A stretch of DNA of 64,000 bases from NCBI RefSeq assembly GCF_009914755.1, contig NC_060935.1; one strand, written 5' to 3'. This stretch comes from the human T2T-CHM13v2.0 reference genome, Homo sapiens. The notes below the pieces were generated by a model. It worked only from the letters and a program-made list of their open reading frames with translations. It searched no databases and was not told the origin of the DNA. Each line of letters opens with the position of its first letter. The first letter of the stretch is position 1. Position numbers and translations under genes: made by a program. This document shows, piece after piece, positions 29,456-44,045 of the stretch.

Positions 29456-29800
29456 CCCGATCCCCGGACGCGGGCGCTTCCCCGCTCAGCTGCTGCTTGG
29501 CTCCGGGGCGGCCGGGCGCCTCCGACGGACCTCGGGAGAGCTGGGCGCGGCGCCTCGGGGTGCGCGCGAGGTGGCTGCAGCCATGTGCCGGGCGGGAGCC
29601 GGCCCCGCGCCCCGTGCCCCTGGGGGCAGATGGGCTCCCGGCGCTCGCCCCACCAGCTGGCGCCCGGACGGGAGCCGGGACCAGGGTCAGGGAGGAAAAC
29701 GCGAGGCGGAAAGGCGCTACCGCTTCGTGGAACACTTTTCCCTGTTTGGAAAGAAAAAGGAGTGAAGAAAGAGAGAGGGAAAAAAAAAATTCAGCTGGAA
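29456..29800 (-). other. CLMP: CLMP 5' UTR (exon 1); TSS approximate
   Basis: GC-rich sequence directly upstream of the ATG. The TSS cannot be read from sequence alone. Confidence 0.65.
29486..29584 (-). other. uORF, 32 aa (MAAATSRAPRGAAPSSPEVRRRRPAAPEPSSS*), in frame with CLMP ATG
   Basis: cacATGG at 29584, TGA at 29488-29486. The ATG is 129 nt upstream of the main ATG. Translation not shown. Confidence 0.6.
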
Positions 29801-31811
29801 CCACATGGTTGCCTCCTACCGCAGCCCCTCCCTCTCTCGCTCGCTGTTCCCTCCTTCCCTCCCTCCCTCCCGCGCGGCGTTTGGGGTTTGCGGTGGGGGC
29901 CGGTCGGGGAGAAGCGTGAGCTGGCCGGGCAGGGAGGGCCGGGGGAGACCTGGGGCCGTGCAGAGGCGGGTGGGTTGAGAGGCGCCGGGCGTAGGATTGA
30001 TTCTTTGCAGGAGGCATTGGTGACACCTCGGCTGAGAGCCCATGGACGAGGCCTTGTCCGTTCCTAGAGCTCTGCTCTCACTTGGTCCTTCTCTCCACTT
30101 CTCTCTCGCTTCTTTTTTACTCTCGTTTCTCTCTGCTTCCATGTCTCTCACAAATCTGGCGTTTCTCTCTTCCATCTCTTCCTCTCTAGGTCTCCTTGTT
30201 CGCATTCTTGCCTCTCCCTCCTCGTCTCCTCATGCCCTCTCCCCTCTGTCCTCTGCGCTCTTCTCGCCTCTCCTCTCCCTCCCCGTCTGGTTCTGTTAGT
30301 GTGAAGCCACCAGACTGACCAGGCCGACGGCGGGGCGCGGAAGTGGGTGCGAAGGCAGCCAGCGGCCGGCCGACCAGGGCTCTCCCCACCGACTGCCTGC
30401 TTTGGCACCCGGCTACCCCCCTTGGCCTGGCTTTCCTGGGGCCTTTCGCGTTCGCTCGCTTTCTACTGTCGGTATTTGCAGCAGCGCTCCCTCAGGTCCC
30501 GAGCAGAGCTAAGCCAGCCAGCACCCAGGGGAAGGGGACCCACAGCCCCGTGGAAAGAGGTCTATCGAGATGCTTTGCAGCAAAGTGCTCTGCACGTGGC
30601 CCTGGCCAAAATGTGCACCACCCCCTTTCAGAAAGAACATAAGGCAGAGGGAGCAGAATCCCCCTGGTGCCAGGGCCTGCGCGCCCGGGCTCCGGGAACC
30701 CGGCCCAGGAGGCTCGCGGAGGGCAGGAGGCTGGCGGCCGGACGGGGGCGGACGGTGGGTTCCGCGGAGCCGAGCAGCCCCGCCCCAGGGTCGGCCCCTG
30801 GGAGTCTGCCCTTCACTACCCTGCTGCTCAGCGGCAGCGGGAGGCAGCGAGACTAAGAAAGGGCAGTGAGGGTGGCGCTCAGACCTCAGCTGCCTGGACC
30901 TCCTGCCCTGACCTTGTGCCCAGGGCCTCTCAGAAACTCTGGTCCCAGTCTCTGAATGTCCCTGGAGGGCTTCTCCCTCAGCTGCCCAGAGGCATGATGA
31001 CGCAATCGCTCACCTTCGGCCTCGCCAGAGCCCAGGTTGGAAGCCGGGGCCAGCGCTCTTGAGAAGAAAGATGAACCCCGCCGGGGCCGGTGGGCTGCCG
31101 AGTCACACATTTGCAATGAAATGCAAATGTGTAATGAAAACCCGTCCCATTTCGCAGACTAGGAAAGCAAAGGCCTGGAGAGGTTATGGAAGTTTCACAA
31201 GGTCACTCAGAGGACTTGCAAAAGCTGGGGCTGTTCCTAGGGCTCGCGGATCAGCTGGAGCATTGCTTTAGAATTGCAGCATTTCTCCACTCACTCCCTC
31301 ACCCCTTCGATACCGATGTGTTAGCATCCACACTATGCCAGGTGCTTTTTTAGGTGTGAGGACACAAAGTGAGTAGAACTTGGAAGTTGACATTTAAAAA
31401 AACCTGGGAGGAGTATGTCATGAACACCAAGTATGGACCCAGAATCATATTATATTATTACGTGGTTTTTATTGGGTCATATTATTGACCTTTTTATATC
31501 ATTCTTATTATACTGCTAAGGGATAGTCACTGAAAAAAAAATCACCATCCCTTAGCATGAATAGGAAGACAAGGAAACTATAACTTAGAGAGGCCTAAAT
31601 ATCTTGCCCCAGATCACAATAGAATTAAAATGCTTCTATTCCAATATTAATATTCTAATATTTAAAAATATTATTTTTTATATTGAGAAGTGTTTAAAAG
31701 GTCTCTTTGACTCCGAAGTAACTTTATTTTCCATTTCATACTAATTGTCTAATGGGGAAATAGATACATTCACAACTATAATTTGTAAATGAATATGTTG
31801 AAAAAACCGTC

Positions 31812-32093
31812 TTTTTTCTTTTCTTTTTTTTTTTTGAGACAGAGCCTCACTCTGTCACCCAGGTTCACTGCAACCTCTGCCTCCTGGGTGCAAGTGATCC
31901 TCCCACCTCATCCTTCCAAGTAGCTGAGACTACAGGCTCACACCATCATGCCCGGCTAATATTTGTATTTTTGGTAGAGATTGGGTTTCGCTGTATTGCC
32001 CAGGCTGGTCTCAAAACTCCTGGGCTCAAGCAGTTCACCTGACTCGAACTCCCAAAATGCTGGGATTACGGGCATGAGCCACCATCCCCAGCC
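31812..32093 (-). mobile_element. AluJ-like with internal deletion
   Basis: Dimeric Alu lacking part of the right arm. Confidence 0.85.
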
Positions 32094-34403
32094 AAAAACA
32101 GTAATTCTTAAAGGCTGGAGAAGGTGGCAGAAAAACTACATACAGAAGGTAACTCTTTTGTTGTTTCTGCTTTATAATTAAAAAAAAAATTGACATTTTG
32201 GGCTTACAAAAAAGTTGAAAATAGTACAAAAATTCTTCACCCAGATTCCCCCTTTTTATTTCTCTCTAGAGGTGGGGTTTTTGCACAAGTTTTAAAGCCT
32301 CACCTCCACCCCACCGCTGCTGGTGGCCTTTCTCAAGAACTTAGTAATGCCAGTGCTGTTTATTGCTTGAGGGCTGGTGTGCGCATGAAGACAGATGTGT
32401 GTGGGTGTAGGCAGATATGTGTTTAAACCCAGTTGCTCAAGCCGAAGGTAACAGGCGCCTTTGGCTCTAGGTCATTAGTCACCAGCACAGGAAATGATTA
32501 GACTGAGATTGGGTCACAAGCACTCAATTTTCCCAGCCCCAAGTCTTGTAGCCAATATGGCACATATTTTTTGGAAGAGGATCTTTGGGTCCCTGAAGGT
32601 GTCTGTCTCTAAATCTGAAACCTCTTTTCTATTGGCATGGGTCTCTGGGCAGGAAGAGCAGAGAGAGAGTGCTTCTGCGATGGTTTGTAACTCACATCCC
32701 ATCCCTACCAGTGCTGGGCCCCACTCTGGGCTGGGTGCCTCGGAGGATCCCAAGATTACGAGATAGTCCTTACCCTGAATGGACGGACCTCTCAGTTCAG
32801 AGGGAGAAAAAACACCAACATGGGAAATGTTTCAACAACAATACAAGAAAGTTAGATAGTTAAATGCCACAGTAAATTATCCTGACAATAAAAAACAGTG
32901 GGAATTCCAAGAAAGGAAAGAGCACCTTAGGCTGGGGTAATTGCGGAGGAGAGCAATGATGGAACCAGCCCTTGGGGGATGAACAGAATGTCATTAGAAG
33001 AGATGAGCTGGGGAGAGCCATGAGTGGGGGCATTCCTGGACAAAGACATGGAGTTAGGAATAGCTTTGGCATATTGAGGGGCCTTGAATGAAATGAAATG
33101 CTTGAAATAAAAATTGTTGTTGAAGCAAAATGCCCTGGGGGGCAAAACTGTGACAAGTTCCAAATGTGAGGAAAAGGATTCTAGAACTCGTTCTGCAGTG
33201 TTCTTCCAGGCTCTTTGAAACAAATTTAAGAAAAATCACCTTGATGAGAGCCATATTTTAGGAAGTGGAAATTGGCAGCTTCTGCCCAGAGGTGACTACA
33301 ACAGTTGGCCAGGGTGGAGAACTTTTGCGACCCTTTCATATCTGTCAAGCTACCTTTGTCTCAATATTTTGTAGAGTGATATACATATGCAGATTCAAGA
33401 CACTTCCCTTGTCCTTCCCAATTTCTGGGGAGCCAAAGAGTACCACCCTAAACCTCTCCTTTACAGGAATTCTAGAGCTATCAACGGGAGTGTATGACGC
33501 ACTGGAGAAGAAACCTGAAGGACAGGGACTGTTTAGGACCTATTGTATTAAATAGGCAGATAAGATGAGGGTAGTGAAACAGTGTAGAAGACATTGGGAA
33601 GAAAGATTTGACAGGGTTAAGTACATAACAATCAATGTGGGTGAAAAGAGTGGAAGAGAAAAGAGGCACCGAATCTGAGTATAAATGACTGAATACATTG
33701 TTACATATGCCAAGATTGATACCGACCATTTATCTACCTCCTGGTATATTCCAGAGATTATAAGCATGATTAACAGGTATCACAATATCATACCACAATG
33801 AAGAAACTAAGGTTAAGGTTTAGCAAGATTAAATAAATTGCATATCATCCCATGGTTAGTAAATGATTGAAGCAGGATATAAAGTCAGGAGATTCAAAGC
33901 TTTTACACCTCACTGTCTTTTGAATAGTACTGCTGACAAACTAGGGAAGTTGGGTAAGTTAACTTGTCAGGAATGGAAGGATAAGTTACCCAATTACGTG
34001 GAGACATAGTAACTGAAGAGCTGATAAATCATCATCCATCCATCCATCCCTCCATCCATCTTTCTATTCTTTCTTTCAATCAATAATACAGCAAATCTTT
34101 GTTAAACACCTACTATATGCCAAACACTGGAAAATCAATGGTGAACAAAGGAAAAGTTGTCCTTGTCCTGCAGAAGCTTCTGGTGAGTTAAGGGAAATGA
34201 ACAACCAATAAGCAATTACAACATGGAGTGAGATATGCTCTGCTCAGAGAAGAGCAGAGTGCTATGGAGATCACAGCAGGACCTTACATCTAGCGTAGGA
34301 GATGCCAAAAAGACATCCTGGGAGAAAAGTGCTGTGAACTGAGGGGGAGATGGAGACCTGTGCTCTTCTCTCATCTCATACCTGGGAACCATGGACCGTA
34401 TCT

Positions 34404-34703
<300 letters not shown>

Positions 34704-35808
34704 GTGGTCCATGTCTTTTAATCTTTTTGAGGTCCAGAATCCACCTTTTGAGGTCCAGACCCATCCTTACAGATGATGATACAAGCTCATGAGGACACTT
34801 AGGAGAAGGCAGCTGTGGAATGATGGAAAGAGTTCCGGGTGAAAAGGCAGAAAGTCTGGGTTTCCAGTAGTTCTGAATAGGTCCCTTGACTTCACTGAGC
34901 CTTTCTTTCTTCTGAGCCCAATACTGGTGGGAGAAAGAAATGGAATTATAATATGATGGAGGCGCCTGCTGCAGTGTCTCGCACATAGGAGGCTCAGTAA
35001 ATATTTGTTCCAACTAAAACTAAAGTTGAGTTCATAGGATTCCATTCCCTGCAGTAAAAGAGCCAATTTCTGTCTCATTTCCTTTTTTCTATTAAAACAA
35101 GGTTATCTTTATATATTCTTTCCTGTCCTGCAAGGACGCTTCTTGGCTTGGCTATTCAGTGTGTTATTTCTCCTATGGCTGGACAGTAAGAGGCCCCAGC
35201 TGGCTTTCAGGGTCTTGACTGGACAACTTTTTTTAAGACTGTGGCTGAGAACCCTGTGTGCTAATAGAGGGTAAGGCACACGTTGTACAGTGACAGTCCC
35301 AAGCACTGATCTATGTGGTCAGCGGAGGCGGCAGGGACTTTGTGGGGTTGATGTTTCCTGTAGGACATTTGATGGTGAAGAAAAGATCTCAGCCTCTATC
35401 TTCCCACCAGCACTCAGGATGCAAAGACCCATCCCTCCAGCCCAGCAGGCCTTCCAGGAGGCCAGTGGGAGAGTAAAGAGTCAAGACAAAAAGCAGAGAA
35501 GGTGTCTGTAGCTGATGCCGAGCCTAAGGCTTTACAGTAGGACGCTGCTGTGTGTACCAGCTTCATGCCTGGCATCAGCTAGGTCTGGGCTTTTCCAGGT
35601 TCTCCCACATGCTACTTTTAATTCCTGCTAAAGTTACACCGGCAGAGGTGGTTCTGGAGGAAGACAGGCTGATTTTGAATTCTGGCCACTCTCCTGACTG
35701 TGCCTAACTTGGGTGTATTTCTTAACCTCAGCCTACGTTATTTCATCTGTAAGATTTCTCATATGGTCGTTGAGAAGATAACAGGAGACTATATAAAGAA
35801 AACACCTA

Positions 35809-36127
<319 letters not shown>

Positions 36128-39124
36128 TCAGCAAGTGATGCCCTTCTCTCTTCCCCCTTAATTAATGCAACAAAATATGCCGTGACTCCAGGATACATTG
36201 TAACTGGATCTTCAGGGGTCCTTTCCCCTCTCAGAGAAAGGGGACGATAGCATCTCCTTCCTTTAGGTGGGGAATTGAGGTCTAGTGACTTCCTTAGAAA
36301 CACACAGCAAAAGGAGTAGTAAAAAGTGTTTTCATGCTCTCTCCTCCTTCACATCAGTCCCCAACTCTGGGTTGAGATCAAAAGCAGGCTTTTGTTTGGC
36401 TAATGATGCTCAGAATTACCCACTAGACAAGCTGTCTTCATAAGGGAGCCAAATGAGACAGGAATAAGAACAGGAAATACATTTCAGATTGTTAGATTGA
36501 AGGGGATATCAGAGACATCCGATCTAACCTCCATATTTTACAGAAAAGGACACAAGTGCAGAGAGGAATGGCAACGTGTCTAGGGCCACCTAGCTAGTTG
36601 GTAGCACAAAAGGTATAAGAACCCCAGCCTGACTCTTCGTTCAGCGCTCTTGCCACTGTCTTGTGCTGACCTGCTGTGATCCTGAGCAACCTCTCCCCGA
36701 AGGAAGAAGCCATCAGGCTGGTGACCAGATGTATGCCTGGCTTCATTCTCTAGCCAGACACCTTGTGATTTTTCTGAAAACCCAGCAGCATGTTTCCCTT
36801 TGTTGACATGTAAGCACGTGGTAGAAAACACAGACCACCAAACCACAGACAGGAATCTTCCTATCTTCCTCCCAGCTGGACAAGGGCAGCTAGCTGTCCT
36901 CGGCTAGCATAAGCACTCATGTACTTTTCATTCATTCAGCCTCAAAAATGTGTCTCCAGCCTGTAAGCCTGCATTTGTTCCACCTCTGTGCAGCTGCTGT
37001 GTCCACTATCAAGCTGGGCAGGACCTTAGAGTTCCTTTTGGTGTAACTTCCTCACTTTGTAGACTGAATCCCAGCCAGGAGATGTGCTATCTCTGGGTCA
37101 AACTCAAGTTAGAGACAGAGTCAAGCTGGAAACCAGGTTGCCTAGCGACCAGCTCCATTCTCCTTCTAGAGTGTGGAAGATTACCACACAGAGTGACCCT
37201 GCCTCTTCCTAAAAGGTCAGGAATGAGAATAAAAAAACTCATGGTGTCCGCTGGCAGAAACAGGTGGGACAGGGCCCAGGGAAGAGCTGGTTTTTATTGT
37301 TGTTGTTGTTGTTTTAGTATTGGATGAGACTTAGTAAAAGCCATAAAATAAAACTAAGAAGAATCTATGCGAGGCCTCATTATGCCACTGGTGTCCTGCC
37401 TGCGGGGAACTCATTTATTTTGTGGCTGAGATGCTGGGAGCTGTCAGCAGCTGCTTGCAGCTGCTCAGTGAAAAGACTGATGGCAGCCATGGCCAGGCTG
37501 AGGAGATGGGAGGGGAGGAGAAGCATCCCCCGTCTTCCCACCTACCACAGGCACACACACAGATGCGTGACATACACTCAGAACAGTCTTGCAGCCTCTT
37601 GCATTGATGTGCACCTTTCCGGATGACACTGTCCCAGGAAGTGGAGTGGGGGATATGCCAGCCATGGCCTGAAACCAGTGTCCAAGAGGCAGTGGAGGAT
37701 GCTGGATAGAGCATGAGGTTCGACATCAGGAGACCAGGATGGAACCTCTCCCTTACTGTCACCTACTGAGTCAGCTTGAATAAATGATGAACCTCTCTGT
37801 GTCTCAGTTATGTATCTGGAGAAAATAGGTAAGCTAGTGCTTTGTCAACTAAGGTTCTTTATGAATGTGAGGTAAGCATGATAAAGGAGTGTAGATTGCA
37901 GGAACTGGCAGGACCTGACTTGAGTCGGACATGCTTCTCTGTACCCCGTGTTGTAGAGAATCAATCCATTTCAAACTGGTGTGGAGCCCCATGACAGACA
38001 CAGCAGACACAGAGGGAACAGGAGCTGGGCCCAAGACTCGTGGTGGGGCCTCTCCCCTGACTTCCTGGAGGATGAGCCCAGCACAAAGACAGATCCGAAA
38101 GACGCTGTTCACTGGCTCACTCAGCCCTGTTCCTAATACCCTCTCTTGCCTACCTCCACCATAGAAGCTAAAAGGTCTAACATCTGCTTTCCAGGCCTCC
38201 TTTGCCCCCAGGGAAGGACATGTGACAGGATTCTAGCCAACGAGTCTTATCAATGGATAGGAGAAGTCAGCTAGGGAGCTTTGGGGAAATATTTGCTTTA
38301 TACTTTGTGCAAACCAGAACTGGGTTTAGTCCCTAAAGGATAATTTTCTTAGGATATATAATGCACTCTTAAATAACCATAAATCTAAGACAAAACACAG
38401 CCATTGCCCTGATAAAGGCACAGGTGAAGAGCTATTGAATTTCAAGGGTGACTATTTCTTCCTATGTAGCGATCAGGGACTGCTTCATGGAGGAGGGGGC
38501 ATTCGAGGTTGATACGACTTGAATACCCAAGGCTGAGAGATTCGGACATGATTCCCAGTCCCAATCTCAGATGCCCTGAGCTCCTTCACTCTTCCAAACC
38601 ACATTATGGGGAATCTGATGATTCTTGCCAGGTGATGTAATAGCTCTGGTGATGATCAGATATCATCCCGCCTCTTAATGACAGAGCACCATCTTCTGAA
38701 GCCCTTTAAAGATACAGTCTAACTCATGCCTCTGAAGTGAGCAGAGATGGATAAAGAAGCCACCTCATAGACACAAAGGAACTTCTCAAAGTTCCAGAAT
38801 TGTTTGAGAAGAGAACCTGCCGATCCTCTCAGCCATGTAATCCTTCTTGGAACACTCCCTCATCTTCACCCACGTAGACTTGCACACCTACCCTCCAGAT
38901 GTGGTGGGAGACGCCTTTATGTAACATGAATCTGTATGATGAATTCTTGCTCATATTGAAGACATGAAATTCCTATGAATAGGACATGTACTTTGAGTTC
39001 ATTATCCCTAAAAGCAAGTCATGGATATGCTTAAGTTATCTGAGTGCTTTCCCTGGAAGACCAGTGGAATGCTTCGGTGAGATTTGTGGCTGGGGTTGGG
39101 GCTGGCATGTAGAGTAGAAGCTAA

Positions 39125-39475
<351 letters not shown>

Positions 39476-39692
39476 CACTAGGACTATTTTCTAACTGATC
39501 TGAATGAACCAACTTGGATAACCTCATGTTTAAAAAACATTCATTTATATACCCACCAGGATTGTATATACATATATCTATATATATATAGAGAGAGAGA
39601 GTAACAAATGTTAGCAAGGCTGTGGAAAATCTAGGACCTTTGTGTACCTTTGGTGGAAATGTAGAATGTGTAGGCACTGTGAAAAACAGTAG

Positions 39693-40168
<476 letters not shown>

Positions 40169-40551
40169 TGACCGTATACTGATAAATGAATAGCCAACAT
40201 GTGGTATGTCTTTACAATTGGATATTCTCAGCCTTAAAAAGGAAGAAAATTCTGATATATGCTACAGCATGGCTGAACTTTGAAGACGTTATACTAAGTG
40301 ACATTACCCAGTCACAAAAGGACAAATACTGTATAATTCCACTTATATGAGTTACCCAGAGTAGTCAAATTCATAGAGTAGAATGATGGTTTCCAGGGGC
40401 TGAGTGGAGGGGCTTGGGGAGTTATTATTGAAAGAGTACAGCGTTTCAGTTTGAGAAGATGAAGAAGTTCTAGAGAGATGGCGGTGACAGTTGCACAATA
40501 ATGAATGTACTTCATGCCTGTCAACTATACATTTAAAAATGATTAAACTGT

Positions 40552-40835
40552 GGCTGGGGAAGGTGGCTCACACCTGTAATCCCAGCGCTTTGGGAGGTCG
40601 AGGCGGGCAGATTATGAGGTCAGGAGTTGGAGACCAGCCTGGCCAACATGGTGAAACCCGTCTTACTAAAAACACAGAAATTAGCAGGATGTAGTGTGTG
40701 CCTGGATTTCCAGCTACTGGGGAGGCTGAGGCAGAGAATTGCTTGAACCTGGGAGGCAGATGTTGCAGTGAGCTGAGATTGCGTCACTGCACTCCAGCCT
40801 GGGCGACAGAGTGTGACTCCATCTCGAAAAAAATT
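40552..40835 (+). mobile_element. AluS
   Basis: TSD aaatgattaaa(c/g)tg. Confidence 0.88.
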
Positions 40836-42316
40836 ATTAAAGAAATGATTAAAGTGGTAAATTTTACATCATGTGTATTTTACCACAAAAAATTATCTAC
40901 AACATCACTTTATTTTAGAAAAAAAACTGTTTCTAAACTGTCCAGCTCAGATGTGATCTCTTTTATATTTTGGGGGATTATCATAATAGAATTAAAAGAG
41001 CTAGATTTACAGTCAGAAAACCCAGATTCAAATCTCAGTTCTGTTGCCTGTTGGCTGTTTGATCTTGTTCTTATTGAACTTCATTTTCCTTGTCTTTGGT
41101 CAAATATTATGAAACCTATTTTTACTCCTTCACCAGGCGGATGTGAAGATCCAATTAGATAATTTATGTGAATGTGCTTAGCAAACCACAGAACACTAAA
41201 CAAATATAGAAATTTTTTCGAGAAGATAATGAGGTTCTCTCTGGGACCTATTGTAATATTTTCCAGCTTTTCTTGCCAAGAAGTTCCTTCTATCACACCT
41301 AAATTCCGTCGAATTTATTTCCAAGCTTCAGCCAGCTTGGAAATAGCCTTTCTGTTGGGACATTTCCAAATCCCAGGTTTAGAGGTTCTTCCATCTGGCA
41401 GGTGTCAAAGAAGACAACAGGAACCATGAGCAGAACCACTTGGAACTGCAAACTCTTTGGGCCAAGGAGAGACTTCTTCTCCAGGTCTGGTTTGGTTCGC
41501 AAATTCCTGGCTGTCATAGCAACCTGAAAAGCAAAGGAAGACTGTTTAGTGTCGTCTTTGACTGCAGCCTGGGCTCGGAATGCGCTCAGGTTGGCCCAGT
41601 AAACAGTGTTCACCGGTAACCACTCTGTGTCTCTCCCTCTGGGCCCAGGGATGGGTGAGGCAGGGAGCTCACCAGGCTCAAGTCATCTGGCCGCACAGCT
41701 TCTCACCTAGTGTCACTCAGCTCCCCTCTGCTGCTCTGTCTCCCAGTGGCTCTGCCAGATCTAACATGGGGAGGGAATTTCCAGAAGAGGCCTATTGGGA
41801 GATGGAGTCAACTCCACAGTGGAAGCAAATGCCTGCCGCCCACATGAAGATGTGTGAAGATGACTTGGGGAGGGGGAGCCGACAGCATTTCCATGGTAAC
41901 CTCAAGCATCCCTGTGAAGTCATCATTGTGCTCTTCTGACCTATTCAAACCCTGGCAACCAGGGCTGTTTATCTCTAGGGATTGAGTTCAAGATCTAAAA
42001 CTGTGAAAGACCTAAACTGAAATGAATAGGCACCTCACTTGCTAAGAAGTAGGTCTACAAAGACATGTGATGTCATGTTCATTAATCGTTACATTGATTG
42101 TTACAAGATTTTTACACATTTGACAACAATTTACAGGCGAGTTTTTTTCTCATTGCAAGAATTCCTGATTATGCACAGTGATTGCCGAGAAATCATTGTT
42201 GGGCCAAATTTCAAAAGTAAAATTATAAAAAATACTGCAGTATTTTTATAGTTAAAAAAAAGGGATTGGGTGTATTTTAATATGCTTAATATGATGTGTG
42301 GAGGCTCAAAGGCCCA

Positions 42317-43062
42317 TGAAGTCCTCAAAGCGTCCATGCTTGTTGCTTATAAGTTTGTTTTTTTCCTCCCTCCCCTCTTTTCCCTCCCTCCCTCCCTTCC
42401 TTCCTCGTTTCCTTTCTTTCTTCTTTCCTTCTTTCTCTTTCCTACCCTCCCCTAATTTCTCAATCTCTCTCTCTCTCTGTCTGCTTTCCGCCTTCCTACT
42501 GAGGTGCACAGTGTCACTGCTGTCTGGGACGGAAGCAGTATGAAATAGACAAGAAACCCTGTGGACTCAGATGGCTGTGTTCTTCCTGTGGGAACTTGGG
42601 TACAGTATGAACTCTCTGGTCCTCAGGTTCCTTCTTCACTTGTAAAATGAGGTGATAACAGTTGCTTCCAAGAGTTCTTGTGAAAATTACAGTAGTAAAT
42701 GCTGGTTATTCTTGTTATTATTACTACTAATAATGATAGCAACCCACATTTCAGTAGTAATCACACACAGACATTCATATGTCCTCTAGCCACTGGAATG
42801 TCCCTGTTCTGAGATGTGCAGGAACTGTATCTATTTTTCTAGTTCTTTTTGTGCACAGGTGAGTAGAGTATCCTGTGAAGTCCTCAAAATGTCCATGCTT
42901 GTTGCTTATAAGTTTGTTTTTTTCTCCCTCCCCTCTTTTCCCTCCCTCCCTTCCTTCCTCTCTTCCTTTCTTTCTTCTTTCCTTCTTTCTCTTTCCTACC
43001 CTCCCCTAATTTCTCAATCTCTCTCTCTCTCTCTCTCTCTCTGCTTTCTGCCTTTCTACTGA

Positions 43063-43064
<2 letters not shown>
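42317..43064 (+). repeat. ~190-bp local direct duplication (42317-42504 and 42876-43064)
   Basis: Both copies run TGAAGTCCTCAAA…GTCCATGCTTGTTGCTTATAAGTTTG…CT-rich…CTACTGAGG. Confidence 0.95.
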
Positions 43065-43391
<327 letters not shown>

Positions 43392-44045
43392 CTATGAATA
43401 TAATCAATAACTTCAGTAAGAACAGTGTGGGAGAACTGTCATTAGAGAAGTACACTCATCTTGGGGTCCAGGAGCATGAGGTCACATCTGTCAGGAGTGA
43501 CCATGGAAGTCTTCACGGAGAAGGTGAAATTGAAATTGGGGCATGGAATGATAGGTACAATTTCTGCTCAAAAGTGATAAGCAGATGGAAGCCCAGTAGA
43601 CAAAGAAGCTATTAAGGGTTTTTGACATGGGGAGCAACACAGTCAAAGGAAGATTGATTGGATTTACCTGTAAACACCTAAAGGAAAGGAATGGGATTGG
43701 AAGTGGGAGAAGGGTTGGGGGAGGGTGGGGAGAAAGGCTGGGGAGGAACTGGAGATGGAAAGTTTATCCGTAAGGCTTTCAGTATTCTAGGTGAGAGGTA
43801 AAGAGGCCACGTGCCTAGAAGAAAGAGATGACAAATGTAAATTTTTGAATAGAGGAAAAGATTTTTTTTTTTTATTTATTAGAGAGGGGCATAGGAGATG
43901 GTGGAGGATAGAGAGAAGTCAATCATGACTTTGATTTTAAGCCAGGATGACAAGAAGAATTATGGTTCTGGCCAGGCACAGTAAACAGAGCTCTCCCTCC
44001 TCTCCATCCCCAACCATCCAATTCTCTTCTCAAAAGGCAATCTCA

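Larger units (their letters stand above)
29230..31100. promoter_or_regulatory. CpG island / CLMP promoter
   Basis: Dense CpGs and high GC against a CpG-depleted background. GC box GGGGCGG at about 30745, ETS CGGAAGTG 30338-30345, E-box CACGTG 30593-30598. Confidence 0.9.

Noticed and set aside
29088-31271. Many long overlapping ORFs (up to 200 aa) in the CpG island
   Set aside because: Stop codons are scarce in GC-rich DNA. The ORFs occur in all frames on both strands, are low-complexity and match no family I recognise; the real CDS is the 28-nt CLMP exon.
43712-43730. G4 motif GGGTTGGGGGAGGGTGGGG
   Set aside because: Real motif, but it lies in decayed purine-rich intergenic sequence with no functional context.
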